In this document: positions 37,982-51,880 of the stretch, one piece after another | Layout of the letters: each line of letters opens with the position of its first letter | Position numbering within the stretch: the first letter of the stretch is position 1 | Assembly: GCF_963921235.1 (NCBI RefSeq) | Contig: NC_086097.1 | Span: 62,064,001 to 62,128,000 of the forward strand | Length of the DNA: 64,000 nucleotides | Origin: Mobula hypostoma | Taxonomy: Eukaryota | Direction: 5' to 3' | The notes under the pieces: model-generated | Told to the model about the DNA's origin: nothing | The model's input: the letters and a program-made list of their open reading frames with translations, nothing else | Databases searched by the model: none | Made by a program: the position numbers and the translations under genes

Positions 37982-40205
37982 TATAATATGTATTTAATAT
38001 TTCACTAATATTTGAATAATATTGTATATATGTTTTTTGATTCGGCATTCTTTTTTGTTTAAATATTTCATTACGGGTAATATGTAAAAGTATGCGAATG
38101 GCATACATCATCACACTACCACATCATATGTACGTGCCTCACATAAAGTAAAAACAAAACTAAGATAAGCATCTCTCTGGCTCCCTTGTTTTCACTTCAA
38201 TTACTTTTATGTTTTAGAGTTACAAAACTTAACAGTGGCGACAAGTAAATTTTAAACAAACCCGAGATGACTATTTACCTGTTGAGGCGAAGTGAGACAC
38301 TTGAGTTTAAAAAAAGCACAGCGAAAAGTGGCGGAGCAAAAAAAAACACAAAGTAGTACATGCTTCTTTAGGGTGGGACAGAGACCTTTGCACTTCAAAA
38401 AAAGGGCAGGAAATGGACAATTTTATGGGTTCATAAACAGGATGATAATAATCATAAATAAGAAAAAGCAGAAATGACTAGCTACATCCATAAGACAGAT
38501 GCATTTGATTGCACAAGTGGTAAATGGAATACGTATACTGAGTGAACTGAGCAGTATTTTGAAGTAAATGAAATAGTCAATGAGAAGCGAGTGCCCGTTT
38601 TGCTGAGTGCATTGGGTTTAAAGACATACAGCTTGTTTGACATCTAGCTGCTCCAACAAAACTAGCAGAAATTAGCTTCGCTGATATCATGAAGGTAAAG
38701 CAGGAAGATTTAGAACCAAAGCTATTGTTGATCGCAGAAGGCGTTAGGTTTCATAAGCAAGATCAAAGAAAGAGGAGTCCATTTCAGCTTACATGACTGA
38801 ATTGAAGAAATTGTTTGAGCATTATCAGTTCAGTGATGGGCTTAATGATCCACTGAGAGCTTATTTGGTTTGTTGAATCTTACAAGAAAGTATTCAAAAA
38901 CTGCTCCTAACTGAAGCACAACTTGGATTTAAATGGACAGTTGAAATAGTTGTATCAATGGAAACAGCAGATAGAGATGTAATTGCTTTACAGTCAAGAA
39001 TGAAAGTGAACGTGAACAAAACTACAGCACACAAATAGAAACTGGCCTGGCTGAATAATTTGTGTTAACATTGTGGCAGTGGCTCATATACATCAAACCA
39101 ATGTAGGTTTAAAGGTGGATCTTGTAGAAAATGCAACAAGTTTCATAAACAAGGAGAATTCTGGACAGACAAAAATAAATAGACTGCACAGGGAAGAGAA
39201 AAAGATTAGCAGTCAGTTTCAAAAAGAAGCACTAATCTGCATGATGTTGATGGCTGATCTGATAATATTGAGAGTGATAAAGTACTGAGTAGCCTAGAGA
39301 TTTAAAATGTGAAAACTAACAAGAGACAAGCAATATGTCTTACACCAGAAGTGAATGGCAAATTAATTAAAATAAAATTGGACACAGGATTGGCTGTTTC
39401 AGTCATTCCACAAAATGAGTTTGAGTGGCATTTCAAAGATACTGAACTGAAGCCTGCAAATATCCAACTAAGAACTTACATTGGAGGAAAGATAGCTCCC
39501 GTGGGAGTGACATTCATAACAGGGAAATACAGAAAACCAACAAGCCACATTGGGCTTGTATGTTGTCAAAACAGGAGAGCCAGCATTGTGGGATTGTGAT
39601 TGGCTGAGACAACTACAACTTGATTGGAGATCCATCCACCATTTGCATGTCACATTCCCTACAACAGAGCCAACTAAAAGCGAAATAAGAAAAGTACCAG
39701 ATGATACCACAGCAGTGTTGAAAGATGACATTGGAAAACTCAAATATATCATTGATAAAATAGTGTTAAATGAAAATGCTACACCCAAATTTTACAAAGC
39801 ATGTTCAGTTCTTTATGCCATCTGTGATAAAATAGCCAGTGAGCTATATCATGGAGACTGAAGAGATTCTTTGTAAGGTTGAGTGGAGCCCATGGGCAAC
39901 TCCAGTGTCCCAGCAGCCAAGAAAAATGGGTCTGGCAGAATCCCTGGTGATTTTAAGGTCACCATCAACCTAATACCAAAAGTCCATCAATACCCTCTAC
40001 CCAGGATAGGGGATATCTTTGCAAACATTTCTGGAGGGAAATACTTCAGCAAAGTGGACAGCTGAGACCTAGCTACAGATGAAGATGGAAGAAGAGTCCA
40101 AAGTACTATAAACTCCCACAAAGAGCTTTATCATTATAATAGGCTAATTTTTGGAACAGCATCTGCACCTGCACTTTGACAGAAAGCTCTGGATCGGGTG
40201 TTGTA
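37982..40205 (+). mobile_element. Degenerate Ty3/Gypsy element: 5' LTR (about 37982-38234), PBS, gag, protease, truncated RT
   Basis: LTR ends TAACA followed by PBS-like GTGGCGACAAG; gag start about 38474; protease KIKLDTGLAVSVI; RT GDFKVTIN..YPLPRI..F..ISGGKYFSKVD. Confidence 0.88.
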
Positions 40206-40207
40206 AG

Positions 40208-40665
40208 GATGAAAATGATTCCAGGAATAAAATTGTTAATGTATGAGGAGTGTTTGATGACTCTGGGCCTTTACTTGCTGGAGTTTTGAAGAATGTGGGA
40301 GATATGTTTGAAACCTACCAAATGTTGAAAGGCCTAGATACAGTGGTCATGGAGAGGATGTTTCTGATAGTGGGAGAGTGTACAACCTCAAAATAGTATT
40401 ATGTCCCTTTAAAACCAGGATGTGATGGAATTTTTTCAGCCTGAGGGTGGTGGATCTGTGGAATTTATTGCCATGGATGGCAGTAGAGGCCAAGTTATTG
40501 GATGTACTTAAGGTGAAGCTTGGTAGGTTCTTGATTTGTAATAATGTTGAAGGGTATGATGAGAAGGCAGGATAATGAGGTTGCGAGGGAATATAAATCA
40601 GTCCTGATGGAATAGCAAAGCAGACTTGATGGGCTGAATGGCCTAATTCTGCTCCTTAGTCTTAA
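40208..40665 (+). mobile_element. CR1 3' fragment truncating the Gypsy element
   Basis: YEECL..LGLYLLEF.R...; 3'UTR GATGGGCTGAATGGCCTAATTCTGCTCC. Confidence 0.85.
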
Positions 40666-41989
40666 CAATGACAATGAGCTTTACACATGGGCATCACATT
40701 TTGCTGTCATTGACTTCAGAGAATGAATGGTTATTAAAGACTTCCTTTGTAACTATCAATTTGATGCCATATCTCACAATGTTAATGCCATGCAGAATGA
40801 AACTAGATCCACACCAGTGCCACTTGCGCTCATTCCCTTTCACTCATTCCTTCTCCTTCTCGTCCATTCTCTCCCAGTTTACCATAGAACAGGATAAAGT
40901 ATCAAACGCTGATGCCACTGCATGACTCTGCAAGCTTAATAGCTTGCAAATCTGTATAGTAGATAGAAGCATGAATTGCTATGTGTTTAATCAATCACCA
41001 CCTACACATTGGGAACTTTATAAACATATAATGAGCTGAATGTGATGATCCTTTCACCAGTGGAGCAGAGGGCATCTCTATCTCCCTGAGCACATCAGTT
41101 CAATGCTTTGTGACTGACTCCTGTGATATTGGCACTTGGTACCTAGAATGAACAAGCAGCATAACAATTAAGCGCTGTGATTGCTGTCAGTGTGACAGAC
41201 AAGACAGTACTTGGGCTGATCCTCAGTTGTAAATTGTATAGCCTAGTTCTGAAATTATGTCCTTGGATAACTGTAGTCTTTATGTGGTCCTTCATGAGTT
41301 TGATGTGGTTGCGCCCTGGTCCATCGTCACTGTCACAGGAATGGTTAATAATTACTATACTGTTTATTCTATGAACTCCCCAGCTCTTTTTCTTTACTGT
41401 CTCTTTCTTTTCTCATTGAATTATGATGCAGGATTAGGCTAATCAGTCTGTATAGCTCTTTCATTCTTCACAGAAGGGTAGAGGTAAACTCATTTGCCTG
41501 ACCTGTTTAACCATCCTGTTTTCTTTTTGATTTCTTTGCTTCAATCACTACTTAATGTTTTTCATAAACATGGAGCTTCTGTTTCAATCTCTGGTCCTTA
41601 CATCTATGTTATAATGTTTAATGTATAAAGTGTTACGTAGGCTCACCTCCTTGCTTCACCATATACTCCTATTCCTGATCCCTGATCTTTCCAAACGATT
41701 TATCTTATCTTATTCTGTCACATCTTGTATTACTTTTAAACGATGCTATTAAATCACTTCTTACCTCTCTTGTCTCAAGTTTTCACATCCCCTTCACACC
41801 TTCCTGCTTCTTTGGTGATTCAGATTGTACCCTCATTTACTTTAACATCCAGTTTATAGCCCTGCCCCCAAGTCAAGCATTAAATAACCTACTGAGGTTT
41901 GACACAGATTCAATAATCCATCAGGCCAAATACCATCATAACTAGTGCTGATGGGGACTTCTGGAGTCTCTTCTGTACTTTGTCCTTAT

Positions 41990-42275
41990 GCAGTATCATA
42001 GAGTCATTGAGTAACACAGCATGGAAACTGGCCTACTGGCCTAACTGGTTCCACAGCATCCTCCCTGTTAATGCCAGTTGTCTACATTCAGCCCATGACC
42101 CTCCAAATCCCTCCCCTCTATTTACCTATCCAAACGCCCCTCAAGTTTCACTCACCTTGACCGCTTTCTCTGTAGCTTATTCCAGGTAGTCAAGAAATTT
42201 CTTCTCAGTCTCTTTTGAATATCTCTTCTCTTACCATGTAACTATGCCCTCTAGTTTTGGACTCTCCAACCCTTA
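41990..42275 (-). mobile_element. Old CR1 3' tail
   Basis: Similarity to the CR1 3'UTR at 26495-26820. Confidence 0.55.
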
Positions 42276-42994
42276 CCTGAGCAATAAGGTATAGTCCATG
42301 AGTAGTGGCTTTAATTCAATGGGAGAAGCATTTAACTTATAGTCTGTTGTTGAACACAAAGTTACCTGCTGTGGTGTAGGTGGTAAAAATGAATTAAAGC
42401 TCAGGACTGGTTCTCTGTGTTGTTGTTCATCTTCTCAGTGGTATGCCTTTCAGCTACTAGGACAGGAGACTAACAGGACGTATCAAATCTTGCCCCTTTT
42501 GATAATAATCAGTGGGTAACAATGAAATGGTCTGGTTTCCATCATAAAATCATTATCTTGGTGGTATAGACGTATACTGCTGATAACAATTCAGCCTGCT
42601 GCAATTTTTCTAAGCTGTTATCTATGTAAAGCCAATTCAGAAACACTCTGTCTGCAGCTTTCAAATCATTGTTCTGGTGTGACTACTGGAAATTCTTTTC
42701 ATGATGTTGGTGGGGACAGCGACTCAATGGACCTCCGTCTTACACCCTCAATTCACTAGATGCTGAATTGAGCTGTTGAAAAGCGGTTGTAATTCTGGAT
42801 TAGGGTAATGGAAGTCATCCAGTCAGATCAATATGAAGACTGTGAATACCTGCAGTGCAAGACCAATGCTTATTACCTTAGTTGCAACATTGTAATCAAT
42901 ACTGTTTTCAGAGTTGAACTCTCATCCTTTATGGAAAAGGCACAGGAACGCACTTGCTATGGAGCTCACCACAGGAAGCTACTCAATGGTGCAG

Positions 42995-43800
42995 ACATAT
43001 AGAACATCGAACATTGAACAGTACAGCACAGTGCAGGCCATTGTGCTGACCTTTCAACTCATTTCTAGATCAACCCCCCCCCCAACATAGCCCTTCATTT
43101 TTTTCTCAACTATGTGCCTCTCTAAGAGTCTTATAACCGCCCCTAATACAGTATATCTGCCTCTGTCACTGACCCTGGCAGTGTGTTCCATGCACTTACC
43201 ATTCTCTATGTTAAAACCTGCTACTGACATCCCCCTGTACTTTCGTCCAATCATCTTAAAAGTATCTGCTCTTGTACTAGTCATTGCCACCCTGGGAAAA
43301 AGGCACTGGATGGTGATTCTAACTATGCCTGTTATAATCTTATACACCTCCAGCAAGTCTCCTCTCATTTTCCTTCACTTCAGAGCGGACTTAATTTGAT
43401 CAACCTTTCTTCATAGACATGTTCTCTAATCCAGAAACATTTCCTCTGCACTCTTTCTGAAGGTTCTACATCCTTCCTATAATGAGGCAATTAGAACTGA
43501 ACACAATACTCCAAGTGTGGTCTAACCTGGGTTTTATAGAGCTGCAACATTACCTCTTGGCTCTTGAACTCAATCCTCCGACTAATGAAGGCCAATGCAC
43601 CATACACATTTTTAACCACCCTATCAGCTTGCACAACAACTTTAAAGAACCTATGGAATTGTACACCAAAATCCCTGTCCCTCCACACTGTTAAGAATCC
43701 TGCCAGTAACTTTGTATTCTGCCATCAAGTTCAACTTCCTAAAGCGTATCATTTCTCACTTTTCTGGATTGAACTTTGTCTGCCACTTCTCAGCCCAAAT
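42995..43800 (-). mobile_element. CR1 3' fragment
   Basis: ORFs 43491-43688 ([11 protein letters not shown]) and 43054-43368 (MRGDLLEVYKII). Confidence 0.88.
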
Positions 43801-44543
43801 GAAACAATACAATTGTCCAGTTCTGAAAGCATCCATTGGTGATCTAGTTGATTTCTGGTTTAAAATAGAGATAATAATCTCAAACTAAAATAAATGGTCT
43901 GCCTAGCTGGAACTTGACTCCAACTTACTTGGAGACATGTTACACCCTTTCTAATAGCAAGAAAATCCTTTGGGTGCAGGACCAAATTATAGGCTGGAAA
44001 ACCCTCTGTTAGTACATCATTTAGACTGCTTTGGCACAATTGTCTGCACACTTGTTAGCAGCTCTATGGAGGTAGTAGCAAAGGTGAAATTCCTAATAAT
44101 CTGATGTGTGTACTCTTTTCATAAATATCGTAAGCAAAACAATCCCATAGTGCTGTACCAAAGAACTCACCAAAGTTAAAGTGCTTGGAGAGTTCACAGA
44201 AAGTTATCTTGTTGTCACCCATCTGTTAGTCTATGCTCTACTTCCACGTCCAGAATTTATGGCAATCTGCAATCTCTTGTGATCTGGGCTTGTAAATTGC
44301 TGCTTCATTATTGCCTAGTGATGGCTTAGTTTTGCCTAAAACGCCATCGGTCCTACAATTTCTGAGGCTCTGTTAATCACCATCTATTTCTCACATTCTT
44401 CAATGCATTACTCTAACTCATGCACACTTATCAAGATCAATAGGATAATTACCCTGAGGAGCCAACACTGGAGTTGGTATCAGGTTTTCTTATGTTAGTA
44501 AGTGCTTGATCTGATTATAGGTGACATCTTTATTGCCACTGTT

Positions 44544-45100
44544 ACATAAGATCATAAGACATAGGAGCAAATTAGGCCATTCAGCCCATCAAGTCTGCTC
44601 CACCATTCCAGCATGGCTGATCCTGGATTCACTCAACCCCATAGCTCTGCCTACTTGCCTTATCCTTTGATTCCCTGACCGATCAGGAAACAATCAACTT
44701 CCACCTTAAATATATGCATGGATTTGGCCTCTGCAGTATGTGGCACAGCATTCTATATTTACTACTCTCTGGTTAAAAAAAATCCTCCTTACCTCTGTTC
44801 TATAGGGTCACCCCTCAATTTTGAGGCTGTGCTCTCTAGTTCTGGATACCTCCACCATAGGAAACATCCTGTCCATATCTACCCTCTCTAGTCCTTTCAA
44901 CATTCGATAGATTTCAATGAGATCTCCCCACATTCTTCTGAATTCCAATGAATACAGGCCCAACCCTGCCAAATGCTCCTCATATGTTAACCCCTTTATT
45001 CTTGGAATTATCTGCGTGAACCTCCTCTGAACTCTTTCCAATGACAACACATCCTTTCTGAGATCTGGGACTGAAAATTGTTGACAATACTCAAAGTGCT
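44544..45100 (-). mobile_element. CR1 3' fragment
   Basis: ORF 44808-45050 LERVQRRFT..LGLYSLEFRR; (TCTTATG)n tail. Confidence 0.88.
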
Positions 45101-45217
45101 GTTACACGCAAATGTCTCCCTAGTTATATATGTTTTATCCATGTCAACTATATGCAGGTGTCTCTCACTTTGCTAGACTATAGCTTGTTTCCTGCCAACA
45201 ATGATAGCAATAGTTGT

Positions 45218-45530
45218 GTCCCATGATGGGGGAGTCTAGTACAAGACTTAAGGATTGAAGGGTGCCCATTCAGAACAGAAATACGAAGAAATCATTTTAG
45301 CCAGAGGGTGGTGAATCTATGGAATTTGTTGCCACAGGCAGCAGTGGAGCCCAAGTCATTGGGTGTATTTAAGGCAGAGATTGATAGGTATCTGAGTAGC
45401 CAGGGCATCAAAGGTTATGGTGAGAAGGCAGAGCAGTAGGATTAAATGGGAGAATGGATCAGCTCATGGTGGAATAGCGGAGTGGACTTGATGGGCCGAG
45501 TGGCCGACTTCTGCTCCTTTGTCTTATAAT
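45218..45530 (+). mobile_element. CR1 3' fragment
   Basis: FSQRVVNLWN.LPQ and 3'UTR. Confidence 0.8.
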
Positions 45531-45867
45531 TTAATATTTAATAAGTATTCAGACAGATACATGAACAGGCACGGAATTGAAGAATATAGACCACATGGAG
45601 GCAGATGTAGTTTAAATTTGCATAATGGTTGGTTCCTGAGCTGCTCTGTGTTAAGGATAATGATGCATTATAATTTAGAGATAACGTGATGATATCTCAT
45701 TGGTATTCTTAGAGCTGATAAACTTATCATTTTAGATTCAAAAACACATTAAAAATTGCCTAATGATTTGCCAGCTACTAATTAACATGTATGCATTGAA
45801 TTAGCCCTTGAAGTAGCCATATCCAACCACCTAAATAATACAGAGGTAATGATGATCATTTATTTGG

Positions 45868-46560
45868 CTTATTATTAATATTATTATTATTATTGTTATT
45901 ATTATTATTGTCACAGCAGTGAGGTACAGTGAAAAAGCCTGTCTTGCACACTGTTTGTATTGATCAATGCAGTGTGTTATGGTAATACAATGTCAAACAA
46001 TAACAATACAGAAAACATGCAGTGAAGGTCAACAGTAAGGTGCAAGGTCATCTCAAGGTAGATGGTCAGGTCAAGAGTCCATCTTATCATACTAAGGAGC
46101 CATTGAACTGCAGGATAGAAGTCATCCTTGAGCATTGTGGAACATGCTTCCAGGACTTTATATCTTCTGCCTGATGAGAGGGGTGAGCAGAGAAAATCGC
46201 TGGTGGGTAGATTATTTGGTATGTTGGCTGCTTAACTAAGGCAGCAAGAAGTGTAGACAGATTCCATGGAGGTGAGCCTGGTTTCCATGATATGCTGAGC
46301 TGTGTCCGCAGCTCTCTGCACAAGGAAATCTTCACCAATTTTTGTTAATGGAGCATAAAAATTGGTAAGGGTCAAAGGGAACCATACTTAATTTCGTTAG
46401 CCACCTGAGGAAGTAGAGACAGGGGTGAGCTTTCTTGCTTGCTCATGGCATCAACTTGATTGACCAGGACAGACTATTAATGATGTTCTTTCCTTGGAAC
46501 CTGAAACTCTCAACACTCTCATCTCATCACCATTGATGAGGGTATGCATCACCCCACTCT
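45868..46560 (-). mobile_element. Rex1/Babar LINE 3' part with (AAT)n tail
   Basis: Reverse-complement similarity to 35000-35610. Confidence 0.75.
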
Positions 46561-49500
46561 TTTTCCAATGGCCAGCCCTTTATCTCAGTCATAGCTTTAT
46601 TGCAGAGTACAAGTTTAATTGACTGAAGAAGCAAATCTTATGATCTTATTTGTTGAATGGACAGGTTCAGCACTGATAATCTATCCCCAACTTCCCGAAG
46701 TCTGAACTACTCGTTATGCCCTTTCAAAGGATTGTCATGAGCTCATGCAGCTGTGCAGTGCAGACTGGATAACAATGGAAGTTTATGGGCTGTGCAGGAG
46801 AGAATAGTTAGCTTGATCATGGACTAGGTTAAAAGGTTGGTGCAACATAGTGGACTGAAGGACGTATATACTATGTTGTATTGTTTTATATGTTCTATGG
46901 CAAATTTATTGGACATTAGAGAGTTAAGTAGGTTTCATTGCAATCTAAAAGCTCTGCAGTTACTGTTATAAATACCAACCATTTCTTCCAGATTGATTAA
47001 CTAAATTAAAATTTTATCAGACATGGTGGGATTTTGACACATTTTTGAATCATTACCTAAGCTTTTCGCTCTTTCTCCTACTCTAGACTGCTAAATTTCA
47101 AATCCAATATCTAACTAATATGATACATGGCCATTGGATAGAATATTTTTGCAACATTCTTTTCTTCTTTTTATGGCTGAATCAGCCTTCTTGCGGCTTT
47201 TAATCAGGAACTAAAATTTTATTTGTCTTTTTTGTGTTTAGTTTGCCTTCTTCAAAAAGGGTTTAAGTAAATTACTTTTGATTCAAAGGCTGAAAGAAAC
47301 TCTCATGTGGGCTGCAAAGTAAATAGACCACGTGCAAGGAGAGTTTAGATACATTTCTGGTTGGCAACCATGATGTTCTGAATAGAAGTACGCTATATGC
47401 AGAGGGATTTGAGGTTATGGGTTCACAGGGTATTAGAACAGCACCTCAGATGATGAGACTGAGGTTGCAAGGGAAAGGACATGAACTACAAGCCGTGATT
47501 ATAATATTGCTGAGATGGGTTCTATAAAGAATGGCAAATTGAAGCTGCCTGGTTATTACTCAGATAGTGAACCTTCACTAAAGAATGTTTTCAGCTTCTA
47601 ACAACTTTTTAGCCTGTAACTTGCAGAATTACGGCATACATCTTCAACACAATTCCACACTCTCGCAGGCTTGCATGGTTTACTTCCTTCTCTGCTCACC
47701 TCTTTTATCTTTATTTTTAGTCCCTTAACTATAGAAAACAAGAAAGAACTAGCAAAAGTATTAAACTGGGGCAACTTCCAACTCCTAAGAACCTGCAACT
47801 CTGGGAGAAGAAAATCAAATTTTTCATTAATTATGAAAGAGTGGAGAGAGTTAGTCTGCTATAACAGAGGCTGATGAGCATGCACTAAAGATCAGCAAGG
47901 TCTTTGTTAAGAAACAATTTAAACTTGGCAGGATTGCAGGTGCAGTATTTTTGCAACTGTACCATTTTCCCACTGGTATAAATTAGAGAGCTAGATCGAT
48001 ATCTGTAAGTTACTTTAAGTGACATATTGGTTTCAGGTTTGACTCATTCATTTGAACAAAATTGAACAAATAGCATAAATATCTATTGTTTTTCTAAAGT
48101 ACAAAGGCCTAGCTGACTGCAGTAATTCCTGTATTATAAGCAGTTTCTTTTTTGTATCATTATTACCTGCTTTTCATGGCCAAATCAATCTGCTTGCACC
48201 TTATACTAGCTTAAGTTCCCTTTAGTCTCCTGTTTTATGACTTGTAATCTGCTTCTCTCACCATAAGCTTTCATTCAAGTGAATTACTTCTGCATTTGAA
48301 GGCTGCAAAAGTTTGAGTTAAATCAAAAGCAAGTATATCACCTACATGGAGATTTTCAAATCATTCTCTCATATGCAGCCAGTTTCATGGCTAGATGGTT
48401 ATCATTGTCTACTTAAGGTACAACATTGCAGAAATTTTCAAAATGCCTTATCTGTGACAGTGCTGAGCTATCATTTTAAGGAATAATTAATGTCATGAAC
48501 AGCAGCAAAGTTGACCATTTTAACCTGTGCCCCTTACAGGCTATGGAACAAAATGTGCAGAGCACAAAAATATTTCTCTTCAATAGTCCAATCTGCTGTA
48601 TTCCCAAGACCAATGTTTTTCAGGGTTTCTGATCATGTTTTCTTCCTACATCACCATTTCAGCTAACCTTGCCATAACTTCCTCTGTACTGGGGACAAAA
48701 TTTGGAAAATGGTACAGAAATGCTTATTTTGGAACATGCAGCTTTTTTTTTGACATATTTCAATTTGATAATCCACGACTTAGAGGTCAAAATCACCCCC
48801 CCCCCCCAGAAAAAGATAGACAACATTCAGGAAGATGTGGCCCACAGAGTTACTTCAGCATTTTGTTTGTTCTCCAGATTCCAATATCTACAGCTTTTTG
48901 TGTTACTGGTCCTGCCCTTGCCTTCTGTGTTACTTCATTACAATCCAGTGCCTTTCTGGTACAATGCAGCAAGAAGGGTAACACCATGAGATAAATCCCT
49001 TCATGGTGCAAGGTGAACATACTGTCCTAAATAAAGTCCACAACTTCGCTCTCAAGGAAACTGGGAGTGGGTAACGTCATAGAGTTCAGTGATTCAATAT
49101 GATCCATCAGCAGCATCCCATGGGAAGGCCGCTAAGACGGGAAACACTTACAAAGTTGCTAACACCCAGTACTTGAGATTTTTTTTAAAAATCACTGTGT
49201 ATCCTGCTGCAAATTGACTCTTCCAATGTGTTCTATTAAGATAATGTACCCAAAGATCCCTCAGGGCAACATGGTCTCTTTATTACCTATATTGATTTCA
49301 ATACCATGAACTTGCCTGGATTTTTTATAAGAAATATTTACATCTGCAAGCTACAATTATAAACAAACGGTAAGCTGCCTGTTTGTTTTAGCACCCTGAA
49401 GGAAGGAGAAAATAAACTTTATGAGGCAGGTTGATGGGTTCCTATCTATGAATGAGTTACAGTGAAAATGCCACATGGCTGCAGTCAGACAACTAAAGTA

Positions 49501-50036
49501 ATTAGCTGCTCTTATCAACAATGTTAAATCAAAATGAGTGAAATATGACTTTTTTTTTGCTCTGTTTGGTGGTTCTGCAGAAGCAAAGCTGGAGAACCCA
49601 TGACCCTAAATGTCATCATTCCCTTCTCCACATTTCAGTAAAAAATAGGAAATTTGCATGTTACCACATCAGCAATACTTATATAACACTCAGCTATGTT
49701 TTCATACCTGTTATTATCCTGTCATTCAGGGCTCACTGCAAATAATCTATTGTTAAACTAGACACAAGCCTTCTGCATGTATAAAGTGAACCTAACTGAA
49801 TTATACTTAGAGGATTTGGATCCACTGGCCAACTGGATCTTGCAATCACAAGAAAAATGTTTAAGACAAAGAGAAAGAGGAGGGAAACCAAAGGGAGCTG
49901 ATGGACAAGTGAGGAGCAAGGTCAGGGTAACAATCTCTCTTTGATTACTTTTATGGTTACGTGATGAGCTAGTGATTTGAGGAACATTTTTAGCCTCTTC
50001 ATATTTCTTTCAATAGCTGACAATAACTTTTTTTAT

Positions 50037-50615
50037 GCATTACACAAAATGCTGGAAGAACTCAACAAGTCAGGCAGCTTCTGTGGAGGGGAATAAACAG
50101 TCAATGTTTCAGGGTGAGATCCTACATCTAGAAAGGAAAGGGACAGAAGCAGAATGGAATGAGGAATGGGAAAAGAGGGAGGAGGGAGGTGGAGAAATTA
50201 CTGAAGTTACAGTAATCAGTTTTCATGCCTTATGTTAGAGGTTACTATGTGGTGTTCCTTCTTTCTGAGTTTGGACTCATCATGGCAGTAGTGAAAGCCA
50301 TGGATAAATATATCATAATGGGTATGGGAAGTCAAACTGAAATGGGTAGCCACTGGGATATCCTGCCAATTGTGGTGCTTGAAAAAGCTGTCCCCCAATC
50401 TGTATTGGCACCAACACAATCACCTGTTAGTATGTATTCCATCTAATCCTCTACCTTCTTGTTCTGGCTTCTGCCCCCTTCCTTTCCAGTCTTGCTGAAG
50501 TGTCTCAGCCCAAAACATTGACTGTTCATTCCCCTCCTTAGATCTACCTGAATTTTGTTCTTACTGACTTTTGTGTGTGTTGTTCAACATTTCCATCGTC
50601 TACAGAAAATCGTGT
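50037..50615 (-). mobile_element. Penelope-like element fragment: GIY-YIG C-terminus, sense pLTR and upstream inverted pLTR
   Basis: ORF 50216-50419 RLGDSF..H...DIPVATHFSLTSHTHYDIFIHG..YCHDE..LR..EHHI; arms match the 56411-56631 family. Confidence 0.8.
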
Positions 50616-50669
50616 TTATTTTTTCTGCATTACCCTTTATGTAGAAATATCCATTCAGCTGTTACTTTG

Positions 50670-51366
50670 TTGGTATCCAAGAAATGAGTGTATGCTTGTG
50701 GCCTTCTGCTATGGTCGCCCATCCACTTCAAGGTTCAATGTGTTGTGCATTCAGAGATGCTCTTCTGCACACCGCTGTCGTAACATGTGGTTATTTGAGT
50801 TATTGTCACCTTCCCGACTGCTTAATCCAGTCTGGCCATTCTCCACTGATTTATCTCATGAACAAGGCGCTTTCACCCACAGAACTGCTACTCTCTGGAT
50901 GGTAATGAGAAAATCTGCAGATGCTGAAAGTCTGAGCAACACACACAAAATGCTGGAGAAACTCAGCAGGTCAGGCAGCATCTACGTAAAAAAGTACAGT
51001 CGACGTTTCTGTCCGGTCGAAGGGTTTCAGCCCGAAATGTCAACTGTACTTTTTTCCACAGATATTCCCTGGATGATTTTTGTTTTACACCTCATTCTCT
51101 ATAAACCCTAGAGACTGTTGTGAGTGAAAATCCTAGGAGGCCAACAGTCTTGCAGAGACTAAACCACCCCGTTTGGCAACAACAATCTTTCCACAGTCAA
51201 AGTCACTGATCACATTTTTCCCCATTCTGATGTTTGGTTTGAATAATAATTGAACCTCTTGACCATGTCTGCATGTTTTAATGCATTGAGTTGCTGTGAC
51301 ATGATGGACTGATAAGATACTTACATTAATAAACAGGTGTAAAGACTAAAGTAACCACTGAGTGTA
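50670..51366. mobile_element. Tc1/mariner-like non-autonomous element (right end), interrupted by a PLE insertion
   Basis: Right end GGTGTA...TAAAGTAACCACTGAGTG+TA resembles fish Tc1-like TIRs (recognition only); left TIR not seen. Confidence 0.5.
50902..51065 (-). mobile_element. Fold-back PLE pLTR-derived insertion
   Basis: TSD-like TCTCTGGATG (50892-50901) / TCCCTGGATG (51066-51075); inverted AAAAAGTACAGTCGACGTTTC / GAAATGTCAACTGTACTTTTT. Confidence 0.75.
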
Positions 51367-51880
51367 GAATCAAAAATCAGAAACACAGTCAGATTTATCA
51401 TCACAGTGCAAGGACATAAAGTTACTATAAATTACAAAATAAGTAAAAACTCCATACTAAGTAACAAGGTAGTGTCCATGGGTTCATGGCCCATGCAGAA
51501 TCTGATGGCTGAGGGGAAGATGATGTTTCTGAATTGTTGAGCGTGCACGTCAGGCTCCTGTACCTGATGGCAGCAAGAAGAAGGGTCCATGTTCTAGATG
51601 GCGAGAGACCTGAATTAAATAATAGGCACTGCCTTCTCAGGCACCACCTCTTGAAGATGGCCTCGATGGTGGAGAGCTTTGTACCTGTGATGGGGATGAT
51701 TTAGTCTAAAACCCTCTGCAGTTTCTTGTGATCTTGTTCATTGGAATTTCCATATCAGGATAAGATACAAACAATCAGACTGCTATCTACCATACATCTG
51801 TAGAAATTTGTAAGAACCTTTGGTGACATACCAAAATCCTCAAACTCCTAATTAAGTTGAGCTGCTGGCATGCTTTCTTC
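51367..51880 (-). mobile_element. Rex1/Babar copy A, 3' part
   Basis: KKACQQLNLIRSLR(I)LVCHQ.. C-terminal RT and 3'UTR. Confidence 0.7.

Noticed and set aside
50575..51111. 178-aa ORF
   Set aside because: Runs across Tc1-like and PLE repeat pieces; no domain
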